Below, one piece after another: positions 27,552-37,308 of a stretch of DNA of 64,000 nt. How positions within the stretch are numbered: position 1 is the stretch's first letter; each line of letters begins with the position of its first letter. A program made the position numbers and the translations under genes. Source of the stretch: Terriglobales bacterium (GTDB lineage: Bacteria; Acidobacteriota; Terriglobia; Terriglobales; Acidobacteriaceae); NCBI GenBank assembly GCA_049288625.1, contig JBAQIB010000033.1:50890-114889 (forward strand), written 5' to 3'. Below the pieces are notes generated by a model. It did no database searches. It had not been told where the DNA came from and saw nothing but the letters and a program-made list of their open reading frames with translations.

Positions 27552-29590
27552 CAGTCCCCCGCTCCTGCATGCACCGTTTCTCGCACGGGCACGGTCGCCG
27601 TCACCACCACGGGGACGTAGTTTGGCACGAGGGCAACAATCGTTCCAAAGACCATGATGATCAGCCCAATCCAGATCCAGGGCACCAGCGGATTCACGTG
27701 CGCCTTGATGATGGGGCGGCCGTTGGTTTCGTTTTTGCCTTCGTAGACGAGATAGAGATCATGCACGAGAAACAGATCCTCGCGAAAGCTGGGATAGATG
27801 CGCGGCAGCGTCTGCGGCTGACCGCTGGCTTTATAGAAACGGCGCTCGGGATACATGGTGGTGATCTGTTTGCCGCCGCGGAAAACGTTGATGATGGCCC
27901 ACTCGTTGGCGTAGTTGGGATTGTCGTCCTGCGTGTAGGACTGGCAAACCAGCGTGTAGGGACCGATGTTGATCTTGTCCCCGAAGGCCATCTCTTTTTC
28001 GACTTCCTTGTTAAAGGGCTGGCCGAGGATTCCGATGATGACGAGCGCGACCCCGAAGTGGACGATGTATCCGCCATAGCGTCGCGTGTTGCGGCGGCAG
28101 AGCTGGAGCATGGCGGCGAAAATGTTCTGCCCGCTTTTGCCGGCGATGACACGGCCTCCGCGCACGAACTCTGAAACGACGGTAAAGATGACGAGCGCAG
28201 AGAGAATCGCGGCCACGACTGCGTAGAAATAAGACGGATCTTCCCACGGCTTCACGCCGAAGAGGATCATCATGAGGCCGACGGCGATGGAGCCGATGGC
28301 GGGATAGAGGAAGTTGCGCTTCAGGCTCTCAATCGATGTTTTGCGCCACGCCAGCAACGGGCCGACGGCGGTGAGCAGCATCAGCAACAGCGCAACCGGA
28401 ACGGCCACGCGGTTGAAGAACGGTGGGCCGACCGTCACTTTGTGTCCCTGCACCCATTCGGAAAGGATCGGGAAGAATGTTCCCCACAGCACGGTGAAGC
28501 AAACAACCAGCAGCAGCAGATTGTTGAACAGGAAGCTGGATTCGCGCGAGACCAGTGATTCAAGCTTGTGCTCGCTCTTCAGGTTCGAGAGATTCTTGAT
28601 GAGGAAAAAGGCGCAAACGGCGGTGGTCAGCGCGATGAAGACGATGAACCAGGTTCCGATGGAAGATTGCGCGAAGGCGTGAACCGAGCTGATGATGCCG
28701 GAGCGGGTGAGGAAAGTCCCGAGCATGGCGAGCAAGAACGTGGCAAAGACAAGGACCATATTCCATACCTTGAGCATGCCGCGCTTTTCCTGCATCATCA
28801 CCGAGTGCAAAAACGCCGTGCCGGTGAGCCAGGGCATGAGCGAGGCGTTTTCGACCGGGTCCCAGCCCCAGTAGCCTCCCCAGCCGAGGACGGCATAGGC
28901 CCAGTGCGCGCCGAGGAAGACCCCGATGGTGAGGAAGCACCAGGTCACCATTGTCCAGCGGCGGGTAATGTTGATCCACTTTTCGCCGGGGTAATGCATG
29001 ATGAGCGCGCCGAGCGCGAACGCGAACGGAACGGTGAAGCCGACATATCCCAGATAGAGCATGGGCGGATGGATGACCATCTCGGGATATTGCAGAAGAG
29101 GATTGAGGCCAGTGCCGTCGGCGGGAAGGCCTCCCTGCTCGATGGCGAAGGGGTGCGCGGCGAAATTGAGGATCAGAAGAAAGAAGACCTGAACCGCGGC
29201 GATGATAACCGAAGCGTAGGCGAAAAGGCGCTGATCGGTCTTGTAGCGCAGACGAAGGACAAACCCATAACCGGCGAGCAGCAGGGACCAGAACAGCAGC
29301 GAGCCTTCCTGCCCAGACCAAAGCACGGCGAACTTGTAGGCGCCGGGCAGGTCGCGGTTGCTGTGGTGGTATATGTAGGCGATAGAAAAATCGTCGGCGA
29401 ACGCGGCCGAGACGAGCACGAACGAAGCAAGCACGACGGCACCGAAAGCGGCGATTCCGGCGCGCCGGGCAGTTTCACCCAGGCGGGCGGAGGCGGCATC
29501 GCGCCCGAAGAGGGCGAGCAGGCCGGCGCCGAATGAGTACGCGCTCAGGCCAAGCGCCAGCAGAAGCGCAAAGCTTCCTATTTGAGCCAT
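27551..29590 (-). CDS. ccmF: cytochrome c-type biogenesis protein CcmF (haem lyase component)
   Basis: 679 aa polytopic protein. WGGYWGWDPVENASLMPWL (WWD) motif. Confidence 0.95.
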   Translation of the reverse strand: MAQIGSFALLLALGLSAYSFGAGLLALFGRDAASARLGETARRAGIAAFGAVVLASFVLVSAAFADDFSIAYIYHHSNRDLPGAYKFAVLWSGQEGSLLFWSLLLAGYGFVLRLRYKTDQRLFAYASVIIAAVQVFFLLILNFAAHPFAIEQGGLPADGTGLNPLLQYPEMVIHPPMLYLGYVGFTVPFAFALGALIMHYPGEKWINITRRWTMVTWCFLTIGVFLGAHWAYAVLGWGGYWGWDPVENASLMPWLTGTAFLHSVMMQEKRGMLKVWNMVLVFATFLLAMLGTFLTRSGIISSVHAFAQSSIGTWFIVFIALTTAVCAFFLIKNLSNLKSEHKLESLVSRESSFLFNNLLLLVVCFTVLWGTFFPILSEWVQGHKVTVGPPFFNRVAVPVALLLMLLTAVGPLLAWRKTSIESLKRNFLYPAIGSIAVGLMMILFGVKPWEDPSYFYAVVAAILSALVIFTVVSEFVRGGRVIAGKSGQNIFAAMLQLCRRNTRRYGGYIVHFGVALVIIGILGQPFNKEVEKEMAFGDKINIGPYTLVCQSYTQDDNPNYANEWAIINVFRGGKQITTMYPERRFYKASGQPQTLPRIYPSFREDLFLVHDLYLVYEGKNETNGRPIIKAHVNPLVPWIWIGLIIMVFGTIVALVPNYVPVVVTATVPVRETVHAGAGD

Positions 29591-29659
29591 AAAGATGAAA
29601 TCCCCGATGCACCTATCTTTTCAGAGATGGGACAGGGATGCAACGCGGGGCCGGCCAAA

Positions 29660-30040
29660 CTACTTCCCTTTTTCGAGCGGGTAGGACTTCTCGCGCCACT
29701 CGCGGATGCCGCCGTCCATGGAAATGACGTTGGTATAGCCCATCTTCTGCAGGTTGTCGGCGGCAAGAGCGGAGCGGAAGCCGCCGCCACAATAAAGGAC
29801 TAGAGGCGTGTCAAGAGCGGGATACTTGGCTTCGATGTCGCGCTCGATGACGCCTTTGCCCAGATGGACAGCGGCCGGGATGTGGTCGGCATCGAACTCG
29901 CGGTCTTCGCGGACGTCGACCAGGACAAATTTGTCGTGACGGTCGAGCCGCGCCTTGACCTCGTCAACCGTGGTTTCGCGGACGCGGCTGCGGGCATCGT
30001 CAACAATTTTCAGGAAACGCGGAGGATGATTGTGAGCCAT
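29660..30040 (-). CDS. rhodanese-like sulfurtransferase domain protein
   Basis: 126 aa. Active-site loop YCGGGFRS. Confidence 0.9.
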   Translation of the reverse strand: MAHNHPPRFLKIVDDARSRVRETTVDEVKARLDRHDKFVLVDVREDREFDADHIPAAVHLGKGVIERDIEAKYPALDTPLVLYCGGGFRSALAADNLQKMGYTNVISMDGGIREWREKSYPLEKGK

Positions 30041-30072
30041 GGACTGAAGCCTCCGCGAAAATGGTAGCAGAG

Positions 30073-30111
30073 CAGCTTTCAGCTGTCAGGTCTCAGGTCT
30101 CAGGTCTCAGG
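30073..30111. repeat. about 5.5 x 7-nt direct repeat (cagcttt cagctgt caggtct caggtct caggtct cagg)
   Basis: CAG recurs at 30073, 30080, 30087, 30094, 30101 and 30108. Lies in the divergent region between the rhodanese and SET genes. Confidence 0.85.
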
Positions 30112-30210
30112 AAAGGCTCGATGGGAAGATCCTGAAACGCAATTGAAAACAGAACACAATGTCAAAACTTGGATTCTCATGTTTGGCATGTAAAGATAGA
30201 AACACGCTAT

Positions 30211-30702
30211 ATGACACTGGTGATCCGCAAGTCGGCTATTCATTCCTTCGGGTGCTATACGACCAAACGCGTCCGCAAGGGCACGCTGATCGTCGAGTAT
30301 GTGGGCGAGCACATGAGCTACGAAGAGGCCGACGATCTTTACGACGAATTCCCCAACACCTATCTGTTCGGGCTGGACGGCGGCAAGCGCATTATTGACG
30401 GCTATGGCGTGGCCGCATTCGTGAATCACTCGTGCCGGCCCAATTGCGAGACTGATCAGATCGCGGGCAAGATGTGGATCATCGCGCTGCGCGACATTGA
30501 GCCCGGCGAGGAACTGACTTACGACTACAACCTGTACGATGGCGAGGATGAGGCTCCGTGCCTGTGCGGGGCAAGGCGATGCCGCGGAAGTTTGTATTCG
30601 TCCTCACACCTACGCAAGCTGAAAAAGCAACGCGAGAAGGCGGCGGCGAAAGAAGTGGCTGAGCCAAGCCGCGTTCCCACCGAAATAGAGAGGGCTAGTT
30701 GA
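30211..30702 (+). CDS. SET-domain protein (lysine methyltransferase fold) with a Cys-rich post-SET motif
   Basis: 163 aa. GTLIVEYVGE, FVNHSCRPNC, ELTYDY, CLCGARRCRGS. Confidence 0.85.
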   Translation: MTLVIRKSAIHSFGCYTTKRVRKGTLIVEYVGEHMSYEEADDLYDEFPNTYLFGLDGGKRIIDGYGVAAFVNHSCRPNCETDQIAGKMWIIALRDIEPGEELTYDYNLYDGEDEAPCLCGARRCRGSLYSSSHLRKLKKQREKAAAKEVAEPSRVPTEIERAS

Positions 30703-30950
30703 GTCACAAACCTTCCCACGAGAAGAAACCAGGAACTAGGCTCGACCGCATACTGAAGACAAATGTCTGGGAGGTCGTGGCGCGCGAAGATGGCACGTTT
30801 GATATTTTCCGCACAGGTCAACTGCTGCACAGCGGAATACCGGACCAATGGCTTGAAGCTGAGATAGGACGATACGGGTTCTGCGGTGACGAATATCGGG
30901 AGATACGACGACAGCTCGATACATGTGGAAAGGCAACAATCAGGATCTAG
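30699..30950 (+). CDS. small hypothetical protein (83 aa) coupled to the SET gene
   Basis: TTG start overlaps the SET stop (TTGA). GAGAGGG lies upstream. Balanced, protein-like composition. Confidence 0.5.
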   Translation: MSHKPSHEKKPGTRLDRILKTNVWEVVAREDGTFDIFRTGQLLHSGIPDQWLEAEIGRYGFCGDEYREIRRQLDTCGKATIRI

Positions 30951-30959
30951 GTGACCACC

Positions 30960-31298
30960 ATGAAAGTCACAGACAACGACGTTGCCCACGTAGCCGACCT
31001 CGCCAACCTCGAGTTGACCGGCGACGAGCGCACCCGCATGCTGCGCGACCTGAATTCGATTCTCGAGTATGTGGATCGGCTGAGCGAACTGAATACCGAG
31101 AACGTCGAGCCGATGGCGCAGGTTTCCGACCGCCATGGAGTAGATGTGTCGCGGCAAGGGAGCGAGCGGTTCGCCTACGCGGCGCGCGAGGACGTGAAGG
31201 AAGGTCTGCGGCCATCGCTGCCGCACGGGGAGGCGATGAAGAACGCTCCGGAAACGGATGGCACGTTCTTCGAAGTTCCGAAGGTGATCGAGAGATAG
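30960..31298 (+). CDS. gatC: Asp-tRNA(Asn)/Glu-tRNA(Gln) amidotransferase subunit C
   Basis: [23 protein letters not shown]...[18 protein letters not shown], the classic GatC pattern. Confidence 0.9.
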   Translation: MKVTDNDVAHVADLANLELTGDERTRMLRDLNSILEYVDRLSELNTENVEPMAQVSDRHGVDVSRQGSERFAYAAREDVKEGLRPSLPHGEAMKNAPETDGTFFEVPKVIER

Positions 31299-31302
31299 CG
31301 CC

Positions 31303-32838
31303 ATGACGGTGGGCAAGACAAAATACCCTACGATTGAAACCGCTCACAGCGCAATTGCGGAACACCGGACGACGGCTGTCGCTCTAGCCGATGAGTTCTA
31401 CGCGCGAATCAAGAAAGAAGATGCGGGGATTGGCGCGTTTTTGACTTTGTCCGAGGAGCGGGCGCGGGAACAAGCTCAGCGCATGGATGCGATGGTGGCT
31501 GAGGGCAAGCCGTTGCCTCCGCTGGCTGGCGTTCCTATAGCGATCAAAGATGTGATGGTGACGCGCGGAGTACGCACGACCGCGGGATCGAAGATACTCG
31601 AAAATTTTGTTCCGCCGTACGATTGCACGGCGGTCGCACGGCTTGAAGCGGCAGGCGCGGTCGTGCTCGGCAAGCTCAACTGCGACGAGTTCGCCATGGG
31701 CTCTTCCACGGAGAACTCGGCATACCATCCGGTGCGCAATCCTCGCGATAAATCGCGCGTGCCTGGAGGCTCGTCGGGCGGATCGGCGGCAGCTGTCGCG
31801 GCGGGAATGGCCGTTGCTACCCTCGGCTCCGATACAGGGGGCTCGATCCGGCAGCCTGCTTCGTTCTGCGGCGTGGTTGGACTGAAGCCGACTTATGGGC
31901 GTGTTTCGCGCTACGGGCTGATTGCGTTTGCGTCGTCGCTCGATCACATTGGGCCATTTGCGAATACGGTTAAGGATGCGGCGCTCATGCTGCGCACGAT
32001 TGCCGGGCGCGATCCGATGGATTCGACATCGGCGGAAGTTCCGGTTCCCGATTACGTGGCTGAACTGGGGAGGCCGCTCAGCGCGGGCCCGAGTTCGTGT
32101 GGCGCGGGCGTTCCCTTCGGCAAGCCCAGGGCAGGCCACGAAACTCCCGCACGATCAATTAGAATCGGCGTGGCCAAAGAATATTTCGGCTCGGGTCTCG
32201 ATGCGGAGGTGCGCGCGGCGGTCGAAGCCGCAATCCAGAAGCTAGCAGGACTTGGGTGCGAGATCGTGCCTGTCTCGTTGCCGCATACGGAATATGCGAT
32301 TCCGGCTTATTACATTGTGGCGACTGCCGAAGCATCGGCGAACCTGGCGCGCTTTGATGGCGTGCGCTACGGCTTTCGCGCGCGCGGCGCGAAAACGTTG
32401 GCGGAGATGTATCGGCAGACGCGCGACGGCGGATTCGGCATCGAAGTGAAGCGGCGCATCATGCTTGGGACTTACGCGCTGAGCGCGGGTTACTACGATG
32501 CTTATTACTTGAAAGCGCAAAAAGTGCGGACGCTCTTGACGCGCGATTTCGATGAGGCTTTCAAAAAAGTGGATGTGATCGCGGCGCCCACTGCGCCGAC
32601 TCCGGCGTTCAAGCTGGGCGAAAAGGTGGATGATCCGCTGGCCATGTATCTCGCGGATATCTACACGGTGACGGCGAATCTGGCCGGGATTCCGGGGATT
32701 TCGGTACCGTGCGGTGAGACGCGTGAAGGACTGCCGATCGGGCTACAAATTTTTGGGCGTCACTTTGATGAGGCGACGGTGTTGCGCGTCGCGCATGCGT
32801 ATGAGCAGGAGAGGGCGTCGTTGGTTGGTAGTTGTTAG
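31303..32838 (+). CDS. gatA: Asp-tRNA(Asn)/Glu-tRNA(Gln) amidotransferase subunit A, with a ~26-codon insertion
   Basis: Amidase signature [12 protein letters not shown]...[12 protein letters not shown]. The C-terminal half is collinear with GatA. Confidence 0.97.
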   Translation: MTVGKTKYPTIETAHSAIAEHRTTAVALADEFYARIKKEDAGIGAFLTLSEERAREQAQRMDAMVAEGKPLPPLAGVPIAIKDVMVTRGVRTTAGSKILENFVPPYDCTAVARLEAAGAVVLGKLNCDEFAMGSSTENSAYHPVRNPRDKSRVPGGSSGGSAAAVAAGMAVATLGSDTGGSIRQPASFCGVVGLKPTYGRVSRYGLIAFASSLDHIGPFANTVKDAALMLRTIAGRDPMDSTSAEVPVPDYVAELGRPLSAGPSSCGAGVPFGKPRAGHETPARSIRIGVAKEYFGSGLDAEVRAAVEAAIQKLAGLGCEIVPVSLPHTEYAIPAYYIVATAEASANLARFDGVRYGFRARGAKTLAEMYRQTRDGGFGIEVKRRIMLGTYALSAGYYDAYYLKAQKVRTLLTRDFDEAFKKVDVIAAPTAPTPAFKLGEKVDDPLAMYLADIYTVTANLAGIPGISVPCGETREGLPIGLQIFGRHFDEATVLRVAHAYEQERASLVGSC

Positions 32839-32845
32839 TCGTTCG

Positions 32846-33457
32846 CTACATTGGTTCGTAGTATTTGTCCCCCGCGCAGGCGCGGCATAGCAACCGGCCA
32901 CCGCGCTCGACTTCGCGGTGGAAGTTGATGCCTTCTCCGCATTCGGCGCAGACTATGCGGTCTGCTTTGTAGCCGGGGAATTCTTCGGGTGGGAGTTCGA
33001 CCTTTACCCACTGGATCGAGAATAGGTCTTCGTCTTTCATTTCGCGATAGGCGAGCATCTGCTGCTGGTTTTTGTTTTCGATTTCGGGGTGCATTTCGCG
33101 GGACAGCTTCTTCGACGATTCTTTGGCGGCGATGCGGATGGCTTTGTACCAGTTATCGGAGCCGGGCAGGCGTGGTTGCGGGCCTAGATCAACGAACGTA
33201 GCGGCCATCTTTCCCCAGTCGCGGAATTTCAGAGCGCGCTTGCCGAGGCGGCATCCGGTGACCACGCCGATGGCGTCGGTGGCACAGCGGTCGATTTCGA
33301 CGAAGGTGACAAGGCGCTTGCGGTCTTTTCCGCGCGGGTCATCGATGCCGAGTTTGGCCAGGCCGAGCATGGCCATGCGCACGCCTAGGATTTGACCGGC
33401 GCAGAGGTGGCCATGAGCGATTTCGGCTTCGCGGATGAGGGCGTCTAGGGAGAGCAT
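32846..33457 (-). CDS. FmdE-family protein (formylmethanofuran dehydrogenase subunit E-like) with a C-terminal zinc ribbon
   Basis: AHGHLCAGQILGVRMA, DRCATDAIGVVTGC, and CAECGE...CRACAG. Confidence 0.8.
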   Translation of the reverse strand: MLSLDALIREAEIAHGHLCAGQILGVRMAMLGLAKLGIDDPRGKDRKRLVTFVEIDRCATDAIGVVTGCRLGKRALKFRDWGKMAATFVDLGPQPRLPGSDNWYKAIRIAAKESSKKLSREMHPEIENKNQQQMLAYREMKDEDLFSIQWVKVELPPEEFPGYKADRIVCAECGEGINFHREVERGGRLLCRACAGDKYYEPM

Positions 33458-33553
33458 TTGTGATTTCCGATTTGTAATCTGTAATTTCGTGATGTGCAGA
33501 TTCACGGTCCCCGGGGTAAATTACAAATCACAATTAATAATTACGAATTGTCC
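33457..33553. repeat. AT-rich inverted pair of 7-nt arrays (5 x tttgtNa-type ... 5 x aattaca-type)
   Basis: tttgtga tttccga tttgtaa tctgtaa tttcgtg, a spacer, then aattaca aatcaca attaata attacga attgtcc. Fills the cysS-fmdE spacer. Confidence 0.75.
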
Positions 33554-35038
33554 TCACTTTCTGCGCCAGCGCACGCCGTCTTTTGTGTTCTCTACAATGA
33601 TGCCGGCGGCTGTCAGCTCGGCTCGGATCGCATCGCTGGTTTTGAAGTTACGCGACTTTCTGGCGGCTTCCATCTCCGCCAGTTTTTGATTCACTTGCTC
33701 GTCGGCTAGTTGCGCGGAACCGGCGATCTCTTGAAGCTCCGTGCTGATTTCCTGTTCGCGCCCTTCGGCTTTGGCCCAGTCCAGGACTGCTTTCATTTTC
33801 GGTTGGTCGTCGTCTTTGAGCACGGCAAAGATCGCGTCGAAGCGGTTGAGCGTGGCGAGCAGCGCCTGCACGTCGTCCTGGCGGACTTCGCCCGCATCGA
33901 GGGCGGTGTTTGCTTTGCGCAGCATGTCGAAAATGGCACCCTGGGCTTCGGCGGTATTCAGGTCGTCGCTGAGGGCGGCGGTAACGCTGTCGACGGTTTC
34001 TTTCGCGAGGGCGCCGATCGCCGGATTCGATCCGGCGGCGAAGTGGGAACTAGTCAGCCGGAAGCGGAAGTTGCGCAGCTTTTCTACGGAACTGGCGGCG
34101 GACTTGAGGCCGTCGAAGGTGAAGTTGAGTTGGTTGCGGTAGGGAACCTGCGTGAGCAGCCATCGGATGGACGATGGCTTGTGCCCTTTGAGCACCAGAT
34201 CGCGCAGCGTATAGAAGTTGCCGAGGCTTTTGGACATTTTCTGTCCTTCGACGAGCAGGAAGCGGGCGTGAAACCAGTAGCGGGCGAATTGCTGGCCACT
34301 AAGCGATTCCGATTGCGCGATTTCGTTTTCGTGGTGCGGGAAGATGAGGTCTTCGCCGCCGGCGTGCAGGTCGAAGCTGGGGCCGAGTTCTTCCATCGAC
34401 ATCACGGAGCACTCGATGTGCCAGCCGGGACGGCCGGGGCCGATGGAGGTCTCCCACGAGGCTTCGCCGGGCTTGGGCGCTTTCCAGAGCGCGAAGTCGC
34501 GGGCGTTGTCTTTGTCGTATTCGTCAACGTCGACTCGGGCGCCGTCGGTCATGCCGGCGAAATCTTTTTTCGAGAGCTTGCCGTACTCGGGAAATTTGGC
34601 GATGCGGAAGTAATAAGACCCGTCGTCGGTGCGGTAGGCGAATCCTTTTTCCACGAGCTTGCCGATGAAAGTGGCCATCTGCTCGATGTGCTCGGTGGCG
34701 CGGACGAGTTTGGGCTGCGAGATGTTGAGCAAAGCGGAGTCCTCGAGAAACGCCTTCGAATATTTCGCCGTGTACTGCTGGACGGTGACGCCGTCGCGGG
34801 CGGCGTTGCGGATGATTTTGTCGTCCACGTCGGTGATGTTCATAACGTAGCGGACGTCGTATCCGGACTGGAGCAGGAAGCGGTAGAGAAGATCGACGGC
34901 GATGAATGTGCGAAAGTTGCCGATGTGGCCGTAGTCGTAAACGGTCGGCCCGCAGGCGTACATGCGGACGCGGTTGTCGTCGATGGGGTGGAAATCTTCG
35001 ATTTTGCCGGAGAGAGTATTGAATAGACGAATGGCCAT
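33554..35038 (-). CDS. cysS: cysteine--tRNA ligase
   Basis: 494 aa. HIGN (HIGH) and KMSKS motifs, CGPTVYD zinc-site Cys. Confidence 0.97.
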   Translation of the reverse strand: MAIRLFNTLSGKIEDFHPIDDNRVRMYACGPTVYDYGHIGNFRTFIAVDLLYRFLLQSGYDVRYVMNITDVDDKIIRNAARDGVTVQQYTAKYSKAFLEDSALLNISQPKLVRATEHIEQMATFIGKLVEKGFAYRTDDGSYYFRIAKFPEYGKLSKKDFAGMTDGARVDVDEYDKDNARDFALWKAPKPGEASWETSIGPGRPGWHIECSVMSMEELGPSFDLHAGGEDLIFPHHENEIAQSESLSGQQFARYWFHARFLLVEGQKMSKSLGNFYTLRDLVLKGHKPSSIRWLLTQVPYRNQLNFTFDGLKSAASSVEKLRNFRFRLTSSHFAAGSNPAIGALAKETVDSVTAALSDDLNTAEAQGAIFDMLRKANTALDAGEVRQDDVQALLATLNRFDAIFAVLKDDDQPKMKAVLDWAKAEGREQEISTELQEIAGSAQLADEQVNQKLAEMEAARKSRNFKTSDAIRAELTAAGIIVENTKDGVRWRRK

Positions 35039-35120
35039 GGATAGATGAGTTCGCGCGTGTTGAGCGAAGGGCGAAGATTCATTCTAGGGGCGGGGGAGAA
35101 ATGGGGCAATGGGGATGATA

Positions 35121-35162
35121 GCTTCGAGCCGCGAGCTTCGAGCCGCGAGCTTCGAGCTACGA
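35121..35162. repeat. 3 x 14-nt tandem repeat (gcttcgagccgcga x2, gcttcgagctacga)
   Basis: Read directly. Lies 83 nt upstream of the cysS start. Confidence 0.9.
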
Positions 35163-35239
35163 GCAAGCGGAACCGCAGCGCCGCAAGGCCGTGGCCGGCC
35201 GCGCGACGGCGATGGGATTGGTGGTAGAGTTTACGCGAC

Positions 35240-35316
35240 GGCCCCGTAGCTCAACTGGATAGAGCATCAGTCTTCGGAACTGAGGGTTGGGGGTTCGATT
35301 CCCTCCGGGGTCGCCA
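35240..35316 (+). tRNA. tRNA-Arg (anticodon TCG), CCA encoded
   Basis: GGCCCCGTAGCTCAACTGGATAGAGCATCAGTCTTCGGAACTGAGGGTTGGGGGTTCGATTCCCTCCGGGGTCGCCA, a 77-nt cloverleaf with anticodon loop CTTCGGA. Confidence 0.93.
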
Positions 35317-35322
35317 CCAGGT

Positions 35323-35709
35323 ATGAAACCTGAAATTGAGCACCAAAGCGCAGCTCAACGACACCTCCGAAAGATAATCTGGCTTGCGATCCCGACGTGG
35401 CTGTGCCTCGCGGTCGAACTGGTGGGCGAGTGGCGCTTCGAGAAAGACACGTATGCGGAGAAACATGCAATCTATGTCGGCCCATTCTGGTACCCCTTTA
35501 CGTGGGGAATAGTGGCTCTGGCTATTGTGTCTCCGCTGCTCATCGGGTGGGGATTCGCAGTCATTTTTTCCAAGTGGAGAACAATTAGCCCGCAGCGGGG
35601 CTGGCTGCCATCTTTGCTGCTATTGTTAGCCTTCTCTCTTCTAGCCAGTATGTTTAGTTGCGCCTGGTCTTGTTCAGGTCATCCGACTTGGATGGGTGGG
35701 TATCGCTGA
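35323..35709 (+). CDS. hypothetical membrane protein (128 aa)
   Basis: ATG 7 nt after the tRNA. Three or four hydrophobic segments. Visibly lower GC than its neighbours. Confidence 0.5.
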   Translation: MKPEIEHQSAAQRHLRKIIWLAIPTWLCLAVELVGEWRFEKDTYAEKHAIYVGPFWYPFTWGIVALAIVSPLLIGWGFAVIFSKWRTISPQRGWLPSLLLLLAFSLLASMFSCAWSCSGHPTWMGGYR

Positions 35710-35738
35710 GGAGTCCTTCTTCCTCCCGATGTGCGATT

Positions 35739-36245
35739 CTATCCATCGTAGAGTTCAGATTCAGCAATCACCGCTCCGCCGTCAGTTCCCTTCCCTGCTC
35801 TATGCGCGGCCGAGAACATCGGGCCCCGCGCCGGCACGACCGGTGCAAAGCGCATAAATCCGATGGGCTGCGGCACGTCGTCGTAGATGGCCTCCATGCC
35901 GCCCGTCATGAGGTAGGTTTCGTGCCAGAAGCCGGTGCCGCCGGAATCTTTCAGAAAATTCTTCCACCAGTCGCGATGCGGGTCGGAGCGCGTCCAGGCC
36001 AGGAGCGCATCCATGTCTCGCCAGTACTGGCGCATGCCGGCGTGCGGGGGAAACATCGAGAAAAGAAAAAACTCGTGCACAAGAAGGCCATCCGGTTGAT
36101 CGGCAGCCGACTTCGAAATCCACGGGCCGAAGCCGAGCAGAGTCTTCAATCCGGTGAGGCGGTTGACGCGCATCCCGAGATAAACGACGACGAGGTCGGG
36201 ATAGCCCGAGAGATCGACAGTGCGGCGATCGACTTTGGTGTGCAT
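35739..36245 (-). CDS. DUF4188-like (monooxygenase-fold) protein
   Basis: 168 aa. VVVYLGMRVN...GLLVHE...MRQYWRDMDALLAWT pattern recalled for DUF4188. Confidence 0.65.
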   Translation of the reverse strand: MHTKVDRRTVDLSGYPDLVVVYLGMRVNRLTGLKTLLGFGPWISKSAADQPDGLLVHEFFLFSMFPPHAGMRQYWRDMDALLAWTRSDPHRDWWKNFLKDSGGTGFWHETYLMTGGMEAIYDDVPQPIGFMRFAPVVPARGPMFSAAHRAGKGTDGGAVIAESELYDG

Positions 36246-36305
36246 GTTGGGAGAGATTCTGCGGCAGGCATCAAGGATTCAGGAAGGATTATATGGCGAG
36301 GGCGC

Positions 36306-37133
36306 CTAGGAATCCGCCGGCGGGTGGAGGCTTGACAGGCGCGAGATCGCGGCCACCATCATGCCCGAAAGAAACTGCATGGTCGCGACGTCGTGGTTGT
36401 CGAAGGCATGGGGCGTCGACGAGAGCACTTCAAATACTCCCAGCGTGCGGCGGTAATGGCGCAGCGGCGCGACCAGAATCGAACGCACACCCAGGCGGCG
36501 GCAACTCGCGGAGTCCACGCGCGGGTTGGTTTCCGCGTCGTTGCACAAGAGCACTTCGCCCGTGCGCACACATTCGGCGGAGATGCCGCGATCGGTCTGC
36601 AGCCGAATGCCAAGGTCGGGAGCGGTGCGGCCAGTGCGCGCTCGGCACACGATTTCGTCGCCCTGGCGCAATGCAATCGCCGCCCCGGTGGCCCCGGTGA
36701 GCGACTGAGCTTTTTCGGTGATGATGCTGATGCCGGGCTCGAGGTCGAATTCTCCGACGTTGAGCAGCGCCGGGTTCATGTGCGCGGGACGCGGCCCGCT
36801 CAGCCCCGGATGGCGCACCCGCAGGTGGTGCCGCGAGGAAAAGCTGGGTACGACGGAAAGGTCGCGCTCGGCGTCGGACTCTTCCTCGATCTGCGGAACG
36901 CTGTACAGGAGCGAGCGCACGATGCGGTCAAGTTCCACGTCGGCGATCAAGTGCGCTGTTTGTTGGCCGCGCAGCGACCCGCCCAGCACGCGCGAAAGGC
37001 TCAGAACTGCTCCGCTGCCACAGGCCAGGCACCGGGGCGTGTTGTTGGCGCTGATCAATTCGCACTGCACGCAAAACACCGCGGTTGGCAGCGACACAAA
37101 CTCCACATCGGAAGCTCGAAGGGTGCCTTGCAT
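36306..37133 (-). CDS. GAF-domain protein with an N-terminal CxxC...CxxC zinc-ribbon-like motif
   Basis: CVQCELISANNTPRCLACGS, then a C-terminal GAF-like region (SLTGATGAAIALRQGDEIVCRARTG...SILVAPL...GVFEV). Confidence 0.75.
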   Translation of the reverse strand: MQGTLRASDVEFVSLPTAVFCVQCELISANNTPRCLACGSGAVLSLSRVLGGSLRGQQTAHLIADVELDRIVRSLLYSVPQIEEESDAERDLSVVPSFSSRHHLRVRHPGLSGPRPAHMNPALLNVGEFDLEPGISIITEKAQSLTGATGAAIALRQGDEIVCRARTGRTAPDLGIRLQTDRGISAECVRTGEVLLCNDAETNPRVDSASCRRLGVRSILVAPLRHYRRTLGVFEVLSSTPHAFDNHDVATMQFLSGMMVAAISRLSSLHPPADS

Positions 37134-37308
37134 TGGAATTGACTTCCTCCAGACTGAATGAGGAAGGATGAGAGTAAATACTCATACCAACGCGAAAAAG
37201 TAACGGCGCTGGTTCGCCTGTGGATAAGTGGTCCGAGGCTCAGAAGGACGTAGTGCACGCTGAAGCCACGCTAGGACGCCGGGCCTTGCGGACCATATAA
37301 TTCCCCCC

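Noticed and set aside
26800-27570. 256-aa ORF overlapping ccmH in another frame
   Set aside because: The translation is Arg/Pro/His-rich, while the ccmH frame carries the conserved CcmH motif.
33710-35026. Long antisense ORFs opposite real genes (33710..35026 vs cysS, 45362..46531 vs the radical SAM gene, 28568..29536 vs ccmF, 48932..49714 vs clpC, 6441..7061 vs alaS, 18014..18742 vs the regulator)
   Set aside because: This is a typical high-GC artefact. The translations are Arg/Ala/Gly/His-rich with no motifs, while the opposite strand encodes unmistakable conserved proteins.
30073-35162. Tandem repeats (7-mers, 14-mers) as a possible CRISPR array
   Set aside because: The units are contiguous with no spacers, only 3-6 copies each and far shorter than CRISPR repeats. 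No cas genes are present.
35317-37200. Genomic island at tRNA-Arg
   Set aside because: Only a small lower-GC membrane ORF follows the tRNA. There is no integrase, no direct repeat of the tRNA end nearby and no mobility genes.
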